Source: Eledone cirrhosa
Taxonomy: Eukaryota
Direction: 5' to 3'
Assembly: GCA_964016885.1 (NCBI GenBank)
Contig: OZ024754.1
Coordinates: 2,914,001-2,978,000, forward strand
DNA length: 64,000 nt
The position numbers were made by a program, and so were the translations under genes. Positions 24,461 through 41,359 of this stretch are shown here, one piece after another (the stretch's first letter is position 1; each line of letters begins with the position of its first letter). The notes under the pieces were generated by a model that saw only the letters and a program-made list of their open reading frames with translations, ran no database searches and had not been told where the DNA came from.

Positions 24461-26246
24461 GATATAAATCTTCATCACCATTCCGTGACTCCCACACTCA
24501 TTAACATACCCCCTTCCCAGACACACCCAAGTCTTTCTTATATATGGAGTCACACATCACAACACAACCTGATCTCAGTTTGACAATCACCACCAACGAA
24601 TGCGAAGAAGTTCTCCAGCAATATTTAAAAATCTAACATAAATATATTTGTGTGTGTGTGTGTTATATATATTAAATGATGATTATGATATATATATATA
24701 AATAGATATACATACATATATATATACACACATGTTCATATATATATATGTGAATGTATGGATATTTATATTATATATATATATATGTATATATGAATCT
24801 ATATGTGTATGTATGTATGTATAAGTATGTAAGTAGGTATGTATTGATATATACACATACATCATCATCATCAAATGATGATGATGATGTATGTGTATAT
24901 ATCAATACATACCTACTTACATACATATACATACATACATACACATATAGATTCATATATACATACATATATATATATACACATATAGATATATACATAC
25001 ATACATATATACATATATACATACACACACACATACATATATACATGCACACACACATACATACTCATATACAAACATATTTACATACATACATACATGG
25101 TGGCTGCCAACTCGTTTTCGAGTACGGCCACTACTTTATATCCATGTAGGAGAACCCCTACCGATGCGCTGAACGAGTGTGACTTTTTAGTCCAGCCAGC
25201 GACTTGAAAACTCTGGTACAAACACTACACTTGTGACAATTATTGACACATAGTGCTGGGCCCATGGTACCATGTGACGACAAGTGCAGAGAGATCTCCA
25301 GATATAAAGCAATGCCTGTGCCGTGAAGCTTTTATAGTGAGCAAAGGCACTGCACAAAGCCAGTCCCACTCTCTTAACCAAGATGATATTTACTGGCAAC
25401 CCCACCAAGGTTTCTTGGTGAGGAGGGTGACTTTGGAAATCCTACAGGACTAAACACAAAACCTGTCAAAGGGCAAAGGAGCTCTTAAGAGTCAATGGCC
25501 ATCCAAAATCACCGGGAGAGATGACCCCTTAGCCTTTGTCAAGGCAGAATTCTAGGAGAAGGAAAACTCTGATATAACACCTGCAACCCTGATGGTATCC
25601 AATGATGTTGACATACATATATACATACATATATACATATATACATACATACATATATATATACATACATAGATACATACATATACCTTTCCTCACATAC
25701 ATATACATCATATACACCAAATTCATGATATTCCTGCGTATATAGAGGGTGTTTTAAGAAGGTATACATAATTATGGCTGTTAGTGTGTGAAGATGATTA
25801 ATACATCTATGTGATTAATAATGAAGTCTATTAGAATATTAGAAAAAACTTTACCAATATTCCATCAATTAGCTACAATTATATGTCGGGAGAAATTGAA
25901 GCTGAAATTTCTACAATGCTTACCTCCCCTTCCCAACCTTTACCCTCACCTAAAAAATAAACTAAATAATGAAAAAACCCTGATAAAATCTCCCGTTTTT
26001 TTTCCTTGCAGGCAATGAAAGCATCTAATACGGATACTGAGGAGATTTCATTCTGTTGTGATTATCCTACTCCTCCTCCTTATTATCATTATCATCATCA
26101 TCATCATCATTATCATTATTATTATCATCATCATCATCATTATCATTATTATTATCATCATCATCATCATTATCATTATTATTATCATCATTATCATTAT
26201 CATCATCATCATTATCATCATTATCATTATCATCATCATTATCATT

Positions 26247-26293
<47 letters not shown>

Positions 26294-26457
26294 ATTATCA
26301 TCATCATCATCATTATCATGAGGTTAACTTTGCCTTTCATCCTTACGGGGGTCGATAAAATAAAGTACCAGTAATACACTGGGTATTTGCTGGCCTTGTG
26401 CCAAAAGTAGAAACAATTATTATTAATGTAGTGGTGGTGGTGGTGGTGGTGGTGGTG

Positions 26458-26515
<58 letters not shown>

Positions 26516-26554
26516 CAGCAGCAGTAGTAACAGTGGTAGCAGTAGTAGTAGTAA

Positions 26555-26585
<31 letters not shown>

Positions 26586-27844
26586 TGAATTATTAAATAT
26601 TTCAGTAGTATGTTTGTCAAAAAGCTAAAACTGAAGGCTTGAAGTGAGTTGTGTTGCTCTCTATACAGACAGGGCCTAAATACCTCACAAATATGATCTT
26701 ACTTTTCCTTCAAAGAACAATAGATTATAGGAATCCCAATTCTAGAATATTCCTTTATGCTTTTGACCCCTAAAGGATAAAATGCAAAGTTGATAGCTAC
26801 ACAATTTGAACCTGGAATGTACAAGACCCTAACCAAATGCTGCAGTTATTTTGTCCAATGTTCTAATGATTCAGATAATCCACAGCTGTTGACATTAATG
26901 GCATTCACTCAACATCAAAACTCTGGCCCTATACGAGAGGGTAGAGCTTTTATTATGTAAAATCTCCCAATTTTGCCTCATTTTCCCTGCTTCGGGGCAT
27001 TTTGTTTTCATGGTACTCACCCATTTGGGTTTTTAGCTATTGGCTGGTCTGCTATTATTGCTGTGTAATTGTCAAGAATGTCTAGCTTATGGGCTTTCAT
27101 GAGATTCAGAACATTATGAGTTATTTAGTTGCCTGGTTTCACACTAAAGTGTGACCCTTCGATGTCTTTAACAAAGTTCACTCTGTAAAAAATATTTGAG
27201 CCAAGTCTTCAGTTTGAGGTCAAATTTTTATATTTCTTCCACCATTCTCGAAAGTTCTGAGAATACAAAGAATCATGATAACTGCCTCTCCCCACTCTCT
27301 AATTAAATAGTAAAAATAAAATATTCTACATCACCAGCTGGCTGTATTATCTATTCTCATACCATTAACCCACTTAAGTTATTTTCCTTTAACAGCTGGT
27401 ATGATAGAGCCATGGAGAGATTAGTTGGCCAGAGATCACATCATAATGCTATTGATAGGATGTGTACTGTGGACTCTTCAGCTGCTAGTTCAATAAAATA
27501 TTAATTCAGTTAGTCAGCTGCAGCCTCAATATGATCACTTGATCCAACAGGCAAGCCTCCTCTACTTGGTCATTCAACTTGGTAGAAATAGCAGCTAAAT
27601 CTCTCTCAAAATGTATTTTTCCATGTCATCCTTCTTTTCTTATTTTATTATTTTAAAACAAAGGTCAAATTTAATAATGTCATTTTTTATGAAATATTTA
27701 CTTCAAAATATAAGACAGGATGGACAAATTGTACATGTCTTTGACCATATGATCATAGGTTTGCAGGAACAGGTTTGACATGGGTTAAAAAACAACAACA
27801 ACAGCAACAGTAATAACCACAGTAGCAGCAACAATGATATAGGA

Positions 27845-28074
27845 TTAACCCTTTAAGCATTTACATTACTCTATATATACTATTTCATTTTTGCACTAAA
27901 TGCTTTACCTCACATAATTATCTCACATGATATCAAATCTATGAGATTTTGATATTATTTATTTTGAGACCAATACCTTAACATCAGTAGGAGTGATCAG
28001 TTACAGCTGGCTTGAACAAAACGAGATGAGAGAATTCTGGCAGGGTACGGCCGGTTTAAATGCTAAAGGGTTAA
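27845..28074. mobile_element. piggyBac-like MITE (other copies at 34206-34434, 55324-55528, 58098-58312; partial at 28161 and 63971; related element at 60827-61044)
   Basis: TTAA-CCCTTT...AAAGGG-TTAA termini and a shared ~220-bp interior. Confidence 0.75.
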
Positions 28075-29011
28075 ACCAAAATCAAAAATTTAAACAGAAT
28101 GGGTGAATCAGTAAAGGAATAAAAGATATTCTATCACTATAAGACAAAGAACTCTGAGGTTTAACCCTTTAGCATTTAAACTAGCCATATCTGGCCAGAA
28201 TTCTCTCACCGCCTTCTCTCCAAACCGGCTGTAACTGGCCGCTCATACTGATGTTAAGGTATTACCACCCTGTCTTGGTTCCTGCCAACAGGATGGAGAA
28301 TACATTACCCTGGTGGATGGCGAGGGAGACATACTGGAACAGCCACTCCATCTTGCAGCAGGGTGGGTGTGTGTGTGCAAAGATGGTTTCAGGTAATTTG
28401 GTATCAAAAGAGTTACGGGGGGGGGGGGGGGGGGCAACATAGGAGGGACAGAGCCCTTATAAAATATGATGGAGAGGAAAGATAAAATAGAACATAAGTT
28501 AGTTGTGAAGTAATTAGCAACTAATTATAGAGTAGTCCATATAATCTCCATCCTTCCAACACATGAAGCTGGTTGTTACCCTCCTCCTTCACTCTATTTT
28601 CTTCTATGATTCTTCTTATCAGTGGACATCAGGGGAGAGAGGGGGGAGGGAGGAAGAGAGGAGGGGAGGGGGAAGAGGCAAGGAAGGGAAATGTTATGTC
28701 AGATGTTAACAAGGAGAGATAGATGAAGTTCTAGCCGAGTTTTCTTACTACTACATGTAACACATCTATGTAACTGTGTAATATTACAATAAACTTAACT
28801 TTAAACTAAAGAACACACACAGACACACACACAGACACACACAGACACACACACAGACACACACACAGACACACACACAGACACACATACAGACACACAG
28901 ACACTTACATGGCCGACTGAATACACGCGTGTGGTTTTTTTCCCAAATTTCCTCCCTGTTCCGTCCTCTCATCACTTTCTACTTTCTATTTATCTTCTAT
29001 TTCTAACTCTA

Positions 29012-29047
29012 TCTTCTGATGAAGGACTAGTGTCTGAAACGTTAAGA
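29012..29047 (+). ncRNA. Minimal hammerhead motif, family D
   Basis: tctt CTGATGA(29016) aggac tagt gtct GAAACGTT aaga, within the repeat at ~28935-29135. Confidence 0.6.
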
Positions 29048-29132
29048 CTCTCTTCCTGCTATTTCAAGCATTAAACTAATATATTTCTTCCATGTACTGT
29101 GTTGTTATTTTTGTTATTTTTGTTTACCTTTT

Positions 29133-29168
<36 letters not shown>

Positions 29169-29337
29169 TTAATATAGAAATGGCTTCTACAGGACTAGAG
29201 CTGTTTGGAGGAAATCATCAGAAAAGCTCTCCGAATGAAACAGTTCTAGTCCTGTAGAAGCCATTTCTATATTAAATATTTATACTCTGCTTTGTATTGA
29301 GTACCTTACTGTTGTTACCCCCGATTGAACCCGGGAT

Positions 29338-29370
<33 letters not shown>

Positions 29371-29445
29371 TACACACACACACACATATACATATACGCT
29401 TTTCTTGCTCTCTCTCTCTCTCTCTCTCACTTTCTATTATGTATA

Positions 29446-31253
<1,808 letters not shown>

Positions 31254-31558
31254 TGTTGTTGTAAACAGTCAAATATTTTCCTAAAAGTATATATATTCCA
31301 ATATAACCAGTATATTACTACACAGCTTTATTAACACTATATAATGCAATAGTTCTAGAAATCGATATCTAAATAAAGTTACCAATAGTTTCAAATATCA
31401 ATTTTAGCATTAGACAATATATTGGGATGTCAAGTATTATAATTTGTAGAAATTTGTTGACAACAAACAAATTTCTACAAATTTCGTACTTGACAACCCA
31501 ATGTTTTATGCTATACTAAATATTCATTTATTTGCATGCCTATACATACATACTTATA

Positions 31559-31642
<84 letters not shown>

Positions 31643-31701
31643 TACATATATGCATACAAACACACATACATACATACACACACACATATATATATATATA
31701 T

Positions 31702-31952
31702 CATCATCATCATCATCGTTTAACGCCCATATTCCACGCTCGCATGGGTTTGGACGGGAGTTTTCCCACTTGAGGCAAGAGTGGTTGTCTTGCTCGCATA
31801 GGACTGTCTGGCGGGTTTTCTACAGCTGGATGCCCTTCCTAACACCAACCACATTTACAGTGTGGAACTGGGAGGTTTTTACCGTGTTACCTACACGACC
31901 GCATTACAGCGTGGACTGTGTGTTTTTTGTCATGACACCTACACGACCTCAT
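31702..31952 (-). mobile_element. SINE-like family 3, 3' portion (copies at ~18100-18255, 51925-52190, 54965-55145)
   Basis: Shared catcatcgtttaacg...gaggcaagagtggttg...ggatgcccttcctaacaccaaccac; shares this central motif with SINE family 1. Confidence 0.7.
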
Positions 31953-32074
31953 TTGTTTTGGGCTGGATGTTGTGGTACCAACATAACTTTACATTGAAAG
32001 GGGTGGTGTGGATGGAGTGGGGGTAGTGGGACGGGGGTGTATTTTGTTAAAGGTGCCTATTGACTGTAGTAGGT

Positions 32075-32170
32075 TTCACTTTGCACTTAGGTAAGGCGGG
32101 TCTTCTCTATTACTGTGTAGCGCCAAAGATCTCGGTCCAGTGACATTGTCTTGGAGAGGTGTAAGTGTGT
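32075..32170 (-). mobile_element. RTE-type LINE extreme 3' fragment
   Basis: Minus strand reads [25 protein letters not shown] (DR..WR motif). Confidence 0.5.
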
Positions 32171-32355
32171 GATATATATATATATATATATATACATATA
32201 TATACATATACATAAATATATACATACACACATATATACATATATGCATACATACATATATATATATATATATACACACATAGATACATCATCATTTTAT
32301 ATTCCTCCGTTTTTGCTAACATTGGTTTGTTGGGTATTCAAACACACACGCACTC

Positions 32356-32389
<34 letters not shown>

Positions 32390-32492
32390 TTGTGTATATA
32401 TATATGTATGTATGTGTGTGTTTGTGTGTATATATATATATTTATATATGTGTGTGTGTTTGTGTGTGTATATGTATATATATATTTATATT

Positions 32493-32547
<55 letters not shown>

Positions 32548-32580
32548 ACATATATGTATATATTCGTTGTGTTCACATAT

Positions 32581-32935
32581 CATCATCATCATCATTTTAC
32601 GTCCACTTTTCCCTGCTTGCAAGGGTGGGACGGGAATTGATTCTGGCTTGATTTCTACAGCTGGATGCCCTTCCTAACACCAGCCTCATTTACAGTGAGT
32701 GCTGGGTGCTTTTTTGCCGTGACACCTCCACGACCACTTTGCAGTGGAATGATAGGGACCCCAGTCCCTATCATCTCATTTCTACAGCTGAGTAAACTGG
32801 AGCAATGTGAAATAAAGTGTCTTGCTCAAGGAAACAACACATCACCCGGTCTGAGAATTGAACTCACAAATTCTCAGACCGGGTGATGTGTTGTTTCCTT
32901 GAGCAAGACACTTTATTTCACATTGCTCCAGTTTA

Positions 32936-32938
<3 letters not shown>
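32581..32938 (-). mobile_element. SINE family 1 copy with an inverted duplication of its head region
   Basis: 32581-32869 is a minus-strand SINE; 32870-32938 is the reverse complement of ~32790-32860. Confidence 0.8.
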
Positions 32939-33010
<72 letters not shown>

Positions 33011-33122
33011 TATTTATATATATATATGTACATATATGTGTATATATATATGTATATTTATATATATATATGTACATATATGTGTATATATATATATGTA
33101 TATATATATATGTATATATATA

Positions 33123-33169
<47 letters not shown>

Positions 33170-33201
33170 GCACATATATATATATATACACACACACACA
33201 C

Positions 33202-33232
<31 letters not shown>

Positions 33233-34015
33233 TATATGTATGTATATATGTTTATGTATTTGTTCTGTAAGATACTTGATGTGAAATCATGTGTTGTTAT
33301 ATTTGGGATGGTGATATTTCTAATAGAATTTTCACTTTCACTTTATTGTTTGTTATTCATTTGTTTATCAAAGTTCTTTCTTCACACATACTGTGACCTC
33401 CTCAATGATTATCTGTATTGTGCCTCCTGTTTTCTTCTTCTACTCTGTCATATCTTTGTTTGTTTTCTCAAACAAACTACTGAGGGTCCTCCCTTCCCTT
33501 TGTTTGGCAAGATTTCTACAGCTAGACACCCTTCCTATCTCCAACCACTTTACAGTGTGTACTGGGTACGTTCATCATGTACGTCACCAACAGTAGGGAG
33601 GTAGTCATGCCCTCAACATGACCGGAGTGTCACCCTGACAATATATATCTATATATCTATATATATACATACATATGTATATGGGGTTCTTCATACACCA
33701 AAAATTAGAATGCACTGCAAACTCCTCAATTTTACATATCAAAGTTAGCTCGGTGCAAGTAATTGGAGTTGAAAAATTATACATACAGGTATTAAATTCA
33801 AAAATTCTAACCATCCTAAAACTAAAAAGCCCAGCTGAGGGCACAAATAAATTGCTACGACTGTTGCTGGTTGTGCCTCCCTCCACTATAAAGGGCCCAA
33901 GTCAATAGACCCCTATGCACCCCCATTAAATCCACCCCTGGTCACTATGGCTGGATGCCCTTCCTAACATCAAATATACACATATTGACAAAATACATGA
34001 AATTGTGCCTTAGAA

Positions 34016-34188
34016 CAGTGGTCGCCAATCTTTCAGACCTCACAGACCCCTAAATTCATAATTTTAAATCCTGCGGATCCCTAATCTGATCTTTTTTAAA
34101 AAGATAAATACATAACATTTTTCTGCGAACCACCAAAATTTATTCCTGGACCACCAGTGGTTCATGGACCATCGCTTGTCAACCATTG
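34016..34188. mobile_element. hAT (Charlie-like) MITE
   Basis: Ends cagtggtcgccaa / ttgtcaaccattg with an imperfect 8-bp TSD ccttagaa/tcttagag. Confidence 0.65.
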
Positions 34189-34797
34189 TCTTAGAGTGTA
34201 TGAAGTTAACCCTTTAGCATTTAAACCAGTCATATCTGGCCAGAACTCTCTCACCTCTTTTTGTTCAAACTAGTGGTAACCGACCACTCATACTTATGTT
34301 AAGGTATTGTTCTCAAAATAAATTATCTCAAAATCTCATAAATTCGATAATATGTGAGATAATTATGTGAGGTAAAGTCGTTACTGTAAAAATACAATAG
34401 TAAATATAGAGTATTGTAAATGCTAAAAGGTTAAGGTCTGGAAAACTTGCTTGAGTGGATGTAGAGTTTCTTCTCTGAAACCCTTCATCTGTCCAGCTCT
34501 CTTGGGAGTTTCTTACCACCACTTAGAATATATATATATATATCTACATCATTTGTATGACTTTCATGTATCTATGAGTAATTATAATATAAAATTAAGA
34601 TTAAATTTATATCCAAATTATATTATAATTCTCATCAATAACATTTATACTTACTTTTAATTTTTATGTTTATTTTAGAATTACAAATTATTTATTCCAA
34701 ACATATTTACACACACCCCCATCCACCACTAGTTTCCAACATATATATATATATATATATATAAATATCTGTGTATATATATATATATATATATGTG

Positions 34798-34848
<51 letters not shown>

Positions 34849-34885
34849 TTATTTATATATATATATATACATATATATATACATA

Positions 34886-34961
<76 letters not shown>

Positions 34962-35062
34962 TAGATTTATATATATATGTATATATATACATATATATGT
35001 AAATATATTTATATATATATGTATATATGTATATATATGTATATGTAAATTTATATATATAT

Positions 35063-35096
<34 letters not shown>

Positions 35097-35693
35097 GCAT
35101 ATAGAAATATATATATAAGTATATAAATAAATTCATATATATATATATAAGAATGTGTGTGTATGCATATGCATATTTATATATATATATGTATGACTAT
35201 GTATAATGTATATATACATACATGTACAAAAGGCTTACAGTCAGAATTCTACATCTATCTATCTATCTTTTTTTTCAAATACCACTTTGGAAGAAGAATC
35301 AGGATGGAGAGAGAGGTGCTGTACCCCAGGATGGAGAGAGAGGTGCTGTACCCCAGCAAGTTTTATGAAAGGTGGGTGAAAGTGGCGAGAATGGCCCGAG
35401 TGAATGGGCCTTCTCTCTATATCAGCCTGTAGGTTGAGGAAAAGGAGGAGGAGAGGAAAGGAGTACAAACTCTTTGTACTCCTGGAGATGAGGGTTGCAC
35501 ATTTTTTCGGGGGTATGTGTTACCCATATGAAATGCTCCCCCCTATTGGGGAAAATCGACTTATTTTTTAAATTGTATTTGTGATAATATTTTACACGTT
35601 TTTATTGTCTGTAAACTTCCCCCCTGGTATTTGTCCCCTTCTTTTGTGCCCCTGTGGCTAATAAAGAAACATATCTATCTATCTTTCTATATG

Positions 35694-35767
<74 letters not shown>

Positions 35768-36259
35768 CATACATATATATACATACATACATATATATAC
35801 ATACATACATACATATATATATATACATACATACATATATATATACATACATACACACATATATATATACATACATATATATATACACACTTATTAAATA
35901 GACACATACATTGACAGGAGACTAAATCTACTTTATATATTTATATATATATTAGTAACAATAACGAATAATTTTGTTACCAATAAATGTTTATTCTTTA
36001 TCTACTAAAATTATACAGGTAATTAATAAAAATCTTTACATGAAATATTTACATAAAACCATCATCATCATCAACAACAATTAACAATATGAATGATTCA
36101 TGAATATTCATAAGTGTTAATCTTTAATTATGAAAGATATTTACCTGTGGCTATCAATAATTACAAATAACTTTAGGCTTTTAATTACACATTTGAGTTA
36201 ATTGTGTGTAATGTATTTTAGGTAATTGAGGAATTTATATCATGGGTATATATATATAT

Positions 36260-36317
<58 letters not shown>

Positions 36318-36433
36318 TATATATATATTCATCCATATATATATCCATCCATATCCATATCTATATCTATATACATATATATATAGATAGATAGATATAT
36401 GTGTGTGTATGTATTTATATATATATATCTGTA

Positions 36434-36500
<67 letters not shown>

Positions 36501-36686
36501 ATATATACATACCATATATACCAATTGCATATATGGATCATCATCGTTTAATATCCACTTTCCACGCTAGCATGGGTTACATTTATATAACATTGCTTTA
36601 AAAATGATGCTTGTTTGCATAATTGCAAATGAATCGAATATTATTATTAATATTTCAAAAACTCAAATTAATATTCGAAAAACATT

Positions 36687-36743
<57 letters not shown>

Positions 36744-36806
36744 TTATATATATATGAATATATAAATATATACATATATTTATATATGTGTATATACATA
36801 TATATA

Positions 36807-36866
<60 letters not shown>

Positions 36867-37137
36867 CTTATTTATATAAACATATATATATATACATATA
36901 TGTAGAAGTTCTATTTAAATTGTTGGGATACAACAAACAAATATTTTTATAACTGATATAAAGCACTCAACAAATTATTGGAGTAAAAATACAATATATT
37001 AACAAATGGAAAGTATATTTATAAAACCATATTTATTTCATTATACATATTTCAATAAGCTTCCGGATAGTTCCAACAGAAATGGTCGCATTCTTTAAGG
37101 GTATGTCAATATTTATTTATAAAACTGGTCTATATTA

Positions 37138-37202
37138 TATTTTATCTGATGAAAGCACACCATAATTTAACTTGGTGTCCTTGAAATATGTATAATGAAA
37201 TA
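37138..37202 (+). ncRNA. Hammerhead ribozyme motif, family A
   Basis: tattttat CTGATGA(37146) aag cacacc...ggtgtc ctt GAAA tatgtat A atgaaata; 8-bp stem I. Confidence 0.7.
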
Positions 37203-37260
37203 AATATGGTTTTATAAATATAGTTTCCATTTGTTAATATATCCTATATATATACATACA

Positions 37261-37358
<98 letters not shown>

Positions 37359-37439
37359 TATATATATATATATATATACATATATATGTATATATATATA
37401 TATATATATATGTATATGCATATATATATATGCATATAT

Positions 37440-37526
<87 letters not shown>

Positions 37527-37719
37527 TATATATATTTGTATGTGTGTGTGTGCATATAAATGTCTGTATTTAAGTGTCCTTAAATGGCTGTACATATTGC
37601 TCCCTGCATCAGTGTATGCACATAGAAGAAGTGACAGCAATGCAGTCTGCTGCACACACACATGCATTTCATATCATAGTATGAAATTATTGTGATCTTC
37701 TATCAATTTATATTTGAAC

Positions 37720-37770
<51 letters not shown>

Positions 37771-37797
37771 AGAAACACCCAAGCATAACACACACCG

Positions 37798-37919
<122 letters not shown>

Positions 37920-37958
37920 ATATTAAATAAATGGAAACTATATTTATAAAACCATATT

Positions 37959-38020
37959 TATTCTATTATATATATTTCAAGGGTACCAAAAACTTTGGTG
38001 CGCTTTCATCAGATAAAATA
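37959..38020 (-). ncRNA. Hammerhead ribozyme motif, family A (mirror copy within an inverted repeat)
   Basis: Reverse-complement arm of the 37915-38138 inverted repeat; carries the same core on the minus strand. Confidence 0.65.
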
Positions 38021-38030
38021 CAAAATCTTG

Positions 38031-38094
38031 TATTTTATCTGATGAAAGTGTACCAAAGTTTTTTTGGTACCCTTGAAATATATATAATAGAATA
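38031..38094 (+). ncRNA. Hammerhead ribozyme motif, family A
   Basis: tattttat CTGATGA(38039) aag tGTACCAAA...TTTGGTAC cctt GAAA tatatat A atagaata. Confidence 0.7.
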
Positions 38095-38238
38095 AATATG
38101 GTTTTATAAATATAGTTTCCATTTATTTAATATCATTGAATATTTACTCCAGAACCCTGTCGAGTGCTCTGAATCAGTTATAAACATTTATATTTGTTGA
38201 ATTTCCAACAAATTAAATATCTTTCTGCTTATATATAT

Positions 38239-38614
38239 GGAGGCACATGGCTTCGTGGTTAGAGCATTGGCCTTGCAATTGAAAGGTTGTGAGTTCAATT
38301 CTCAGACCGGGTGATGTGTTGTTTCCTTGAGCAAGACACTTTATTTCACATTGCTTCAGTTTAGTCAGCTGTAGAAATGAGATGATAGGGACTGGGGTCC
38401 CTATCATTCCACTGCAAAGTGGTCATGGAGGTGGCACGGCAAAAAAGCAGCCAGCACTCACTGTAAATTGGATGTGGAGGTGCCACGGCAAAAAAGCACC
38501 CAACACTCACTGAAAATGATGTTGATGTTAGGAAGGGCATCCAGCTGTAGAAATCAAGCCAGAATCAGTTCCCGTCCCATCCTTGCAAGCAGGGTAAAGC
38601 GGACATAAAAATGA
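38239..38614 (+). mobile_element. tRNA-derived SINE family 1 with an internal duplication
   Basis: A/B boxes; tggaggt..cacggcaaaaaagca...cactcactg occurs twice. Confidence 0.85.
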
Positions 38615-38745
38615 GGGAAAAAAAAATATATATATATATATATGTATATATAGACTAAATATATATATATATAGACTATCCAGCGAATTTCCGACCGTTA
38701 AGGTTGATTTCCATGGGTATGTCGTTATTTATAAAACAAATTTTG

Positions 38746-38809
38746 TATTTTATCTGATGAAAGCACACCAAGATTGCTTGGTCGCCCTTGAAATATATAT
38801 AATAAAATA
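38746..38809 (+). ncRNA. Hammerhead ribozyme motif, family A
   Basis: tattttat CTGATGA(38754) aag...ctt GAAA tatatat A ataaaata; perfect 8-bp stem I and palindromic stem III ATATATAT. Confidence 0.7.
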
Positions 38810-39067
38810 AATATGGTTTTATAAATATAGTTTCCATTTATTAATATCTTGGAATATTTACTCCAGTTACCTGTTGAGAGCTCTATATCAGTTATAAACA
38901 TTTATATTTGTCGGAATTCCAACAAATTAAATATAACCTCTACATATATATATGTATGTATGTGTATTTATATATATACATATGTATATATATACAGACA
39001 CATACATATATATATATCAAATTATCTATCTATTTGTGTATATCTATATCTATATATCCACATATAT

Positions 39068-39121
<54 letters not shown>

Positions 39122-39589
39122 TGGCCATGTGGTTAATCAGTTAGCTTAACAAGCCCCTGGTTCTATGTTCAGTCCCACTCTGAGGTAACTTAGGCAAGTA
39201 TCTTTTACTGTAACCTCAGATTAATCAATACCTTATTAATGCAATTTGGTAATAATCAATAAAATCATTTGTAAATTTTAAAAATTAATACTGGCTGCCG
39301 ATATGGACTATGGCTATGAGCAAATATATATATACGTATACATATATATGTATGTGTATATATATATATATGTGCGTGTATATATATATATATATATATA
39401 TAGGAAAAGGTATGACCCCGACGGCAGAGCTCAAGCCGTTTCGACGGCTATTTCAGGACATCGCCGTCGAAACAGCCTGAGCTCTGCCGTTGGGGTCATA
39501 CCTTTTCCTATCACCCACTCTACTACCCTAAGTATTGAGTACTCTGGTGCGTTATGGTCCACCTGGTTCCTTACCACAATTCCCTCGTT

Positions 39590-39638
<49 letters not shown>

Positions 39639-40161
39639 TACAAATATACATATATACATATTTATATACATATATTTGTATAAATATATATATATATATG
39701 TACATACATGCACACATTTATATATATACATATATATATGTGTATATACATATAGATATAGATATAATGTAGGAGTCTCAAGCACAGAAAATACCTATAA
39801 TCACAGTTGACTCTCATACGTAGCATCTTAAATCTTAAGTAAAAGCCTCAAGATCCCTATGGATGTTAAAAAATATCCAACAATTACTACATAAAATCAA
39901 ACTTTATGTCCCTTATATTCCAGTTGACCACTCTAACCTTTGAGCTAAATGACCACTGACAGAACAGTTTGACTCTTTCAGGCCTGCTGGTCACTTTTTT
40001 CCAGGTATTATTTATTCCACCTGGTTATCGAAACTATTATTTATACTAATTAACTGATCTTACAGCTATTTGTGATTCCTACATTTTCTAAAACTTTCAA
40101 AATCTATCTACCTAAGGCTTTAATAGTTTTTTTGTTTGTTTGTTTTTATAAAATATTGTGA

Positions 40162-40220
<59 letters not shown>

Positions 40221-40365
40221 CATATATGTATAAATATATGTATACATATATATATTTAAATAAATATGTGTGTGTGTGTGTACAGCATACCTACTTATAT
40301 ATATGTACATGTATACATGTGTGTGTACAACATACACACCTATATATATGTATCTATCTCTCTCT

Positions 40366-40429
<64 letters not shown>

Positions 40430-41359
40430 TATATTACATATATACATATATGTGTGTGTACATACATACCTATATATATTTGAATATATATATATATATA
40501 TATATAATTATATGTTAAATGTGTACACTAAAAAATGAGTAAAAGTAAAAAAATTACCTTCATTGCATCCTTCTTAATTCTATATTTAACTATTTTTCAG
40601 GGGTAATGTCCATTCTTGCATAATTCCCTTCAATTCTCAACAAAATAAAGAATTTTAATAAGAATCCAATGAGCTTAAAACTGAATTTTTTTTTCCTTTT
40701 TTTCTGAAAATCTACGAAAATTTAGATAAATACCTTTTAAAAATATCTTTTCCAAAGACTGTAAAATATTCTGTAAAACTTTATTTCTCAAGAAAATATA
40801 TAAAGAAATTTGAAATGTTTTAAGTGAATGAAACAAATCACCTGGATTGTATTATTTTTCTTATTTATTCAATTAAATAATTTTCAAAAATTTCATAATT
40901 AATAAATTTATAAAATATTATATAAAAAATATAAATAGAATGAAATATAGAAAAGAAAGAAATTAAGAGAAAATTGAAACTTTTTTTCTTTTAAATCTGA
41001 AATTATAAAATTATACTCTAAAAAGTTTAACATTTCTTTTTTAAATGCCATTCTTTAAATATATTATAATATAGCACTGGAACAGATTTTTTTTCTTCCT
41101 TTATCTTTTTTTGCGGGGATATGTTTTTGTTTCGGTAAACAGAATGTTTCCTTGTCTTTACAGTTTTAGAGTGTGAAATAATTTTTACTGTAATTTTTCC
41201 TCGCAACTTTTTTTTTTTTTTGGCAGAATAATAAATCTTTAAAAAAAAGAAAATAAAAAAAAAAAGAAAAAGAAAGGGAAATTTTTGCAGAAAATAAAAT
41301 AAATCAAAGGAGATGGTTAAAAAATAAAAGTACCACTCTCCTTTAGTTTGGCACAATTT

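Noticed and set aside
39770-40130. Possible decayed GIY-YIG endonuclease fragment
   Set aside because: Only a vague resemblance requiring several frameshifts; not supportable without an HMM search.
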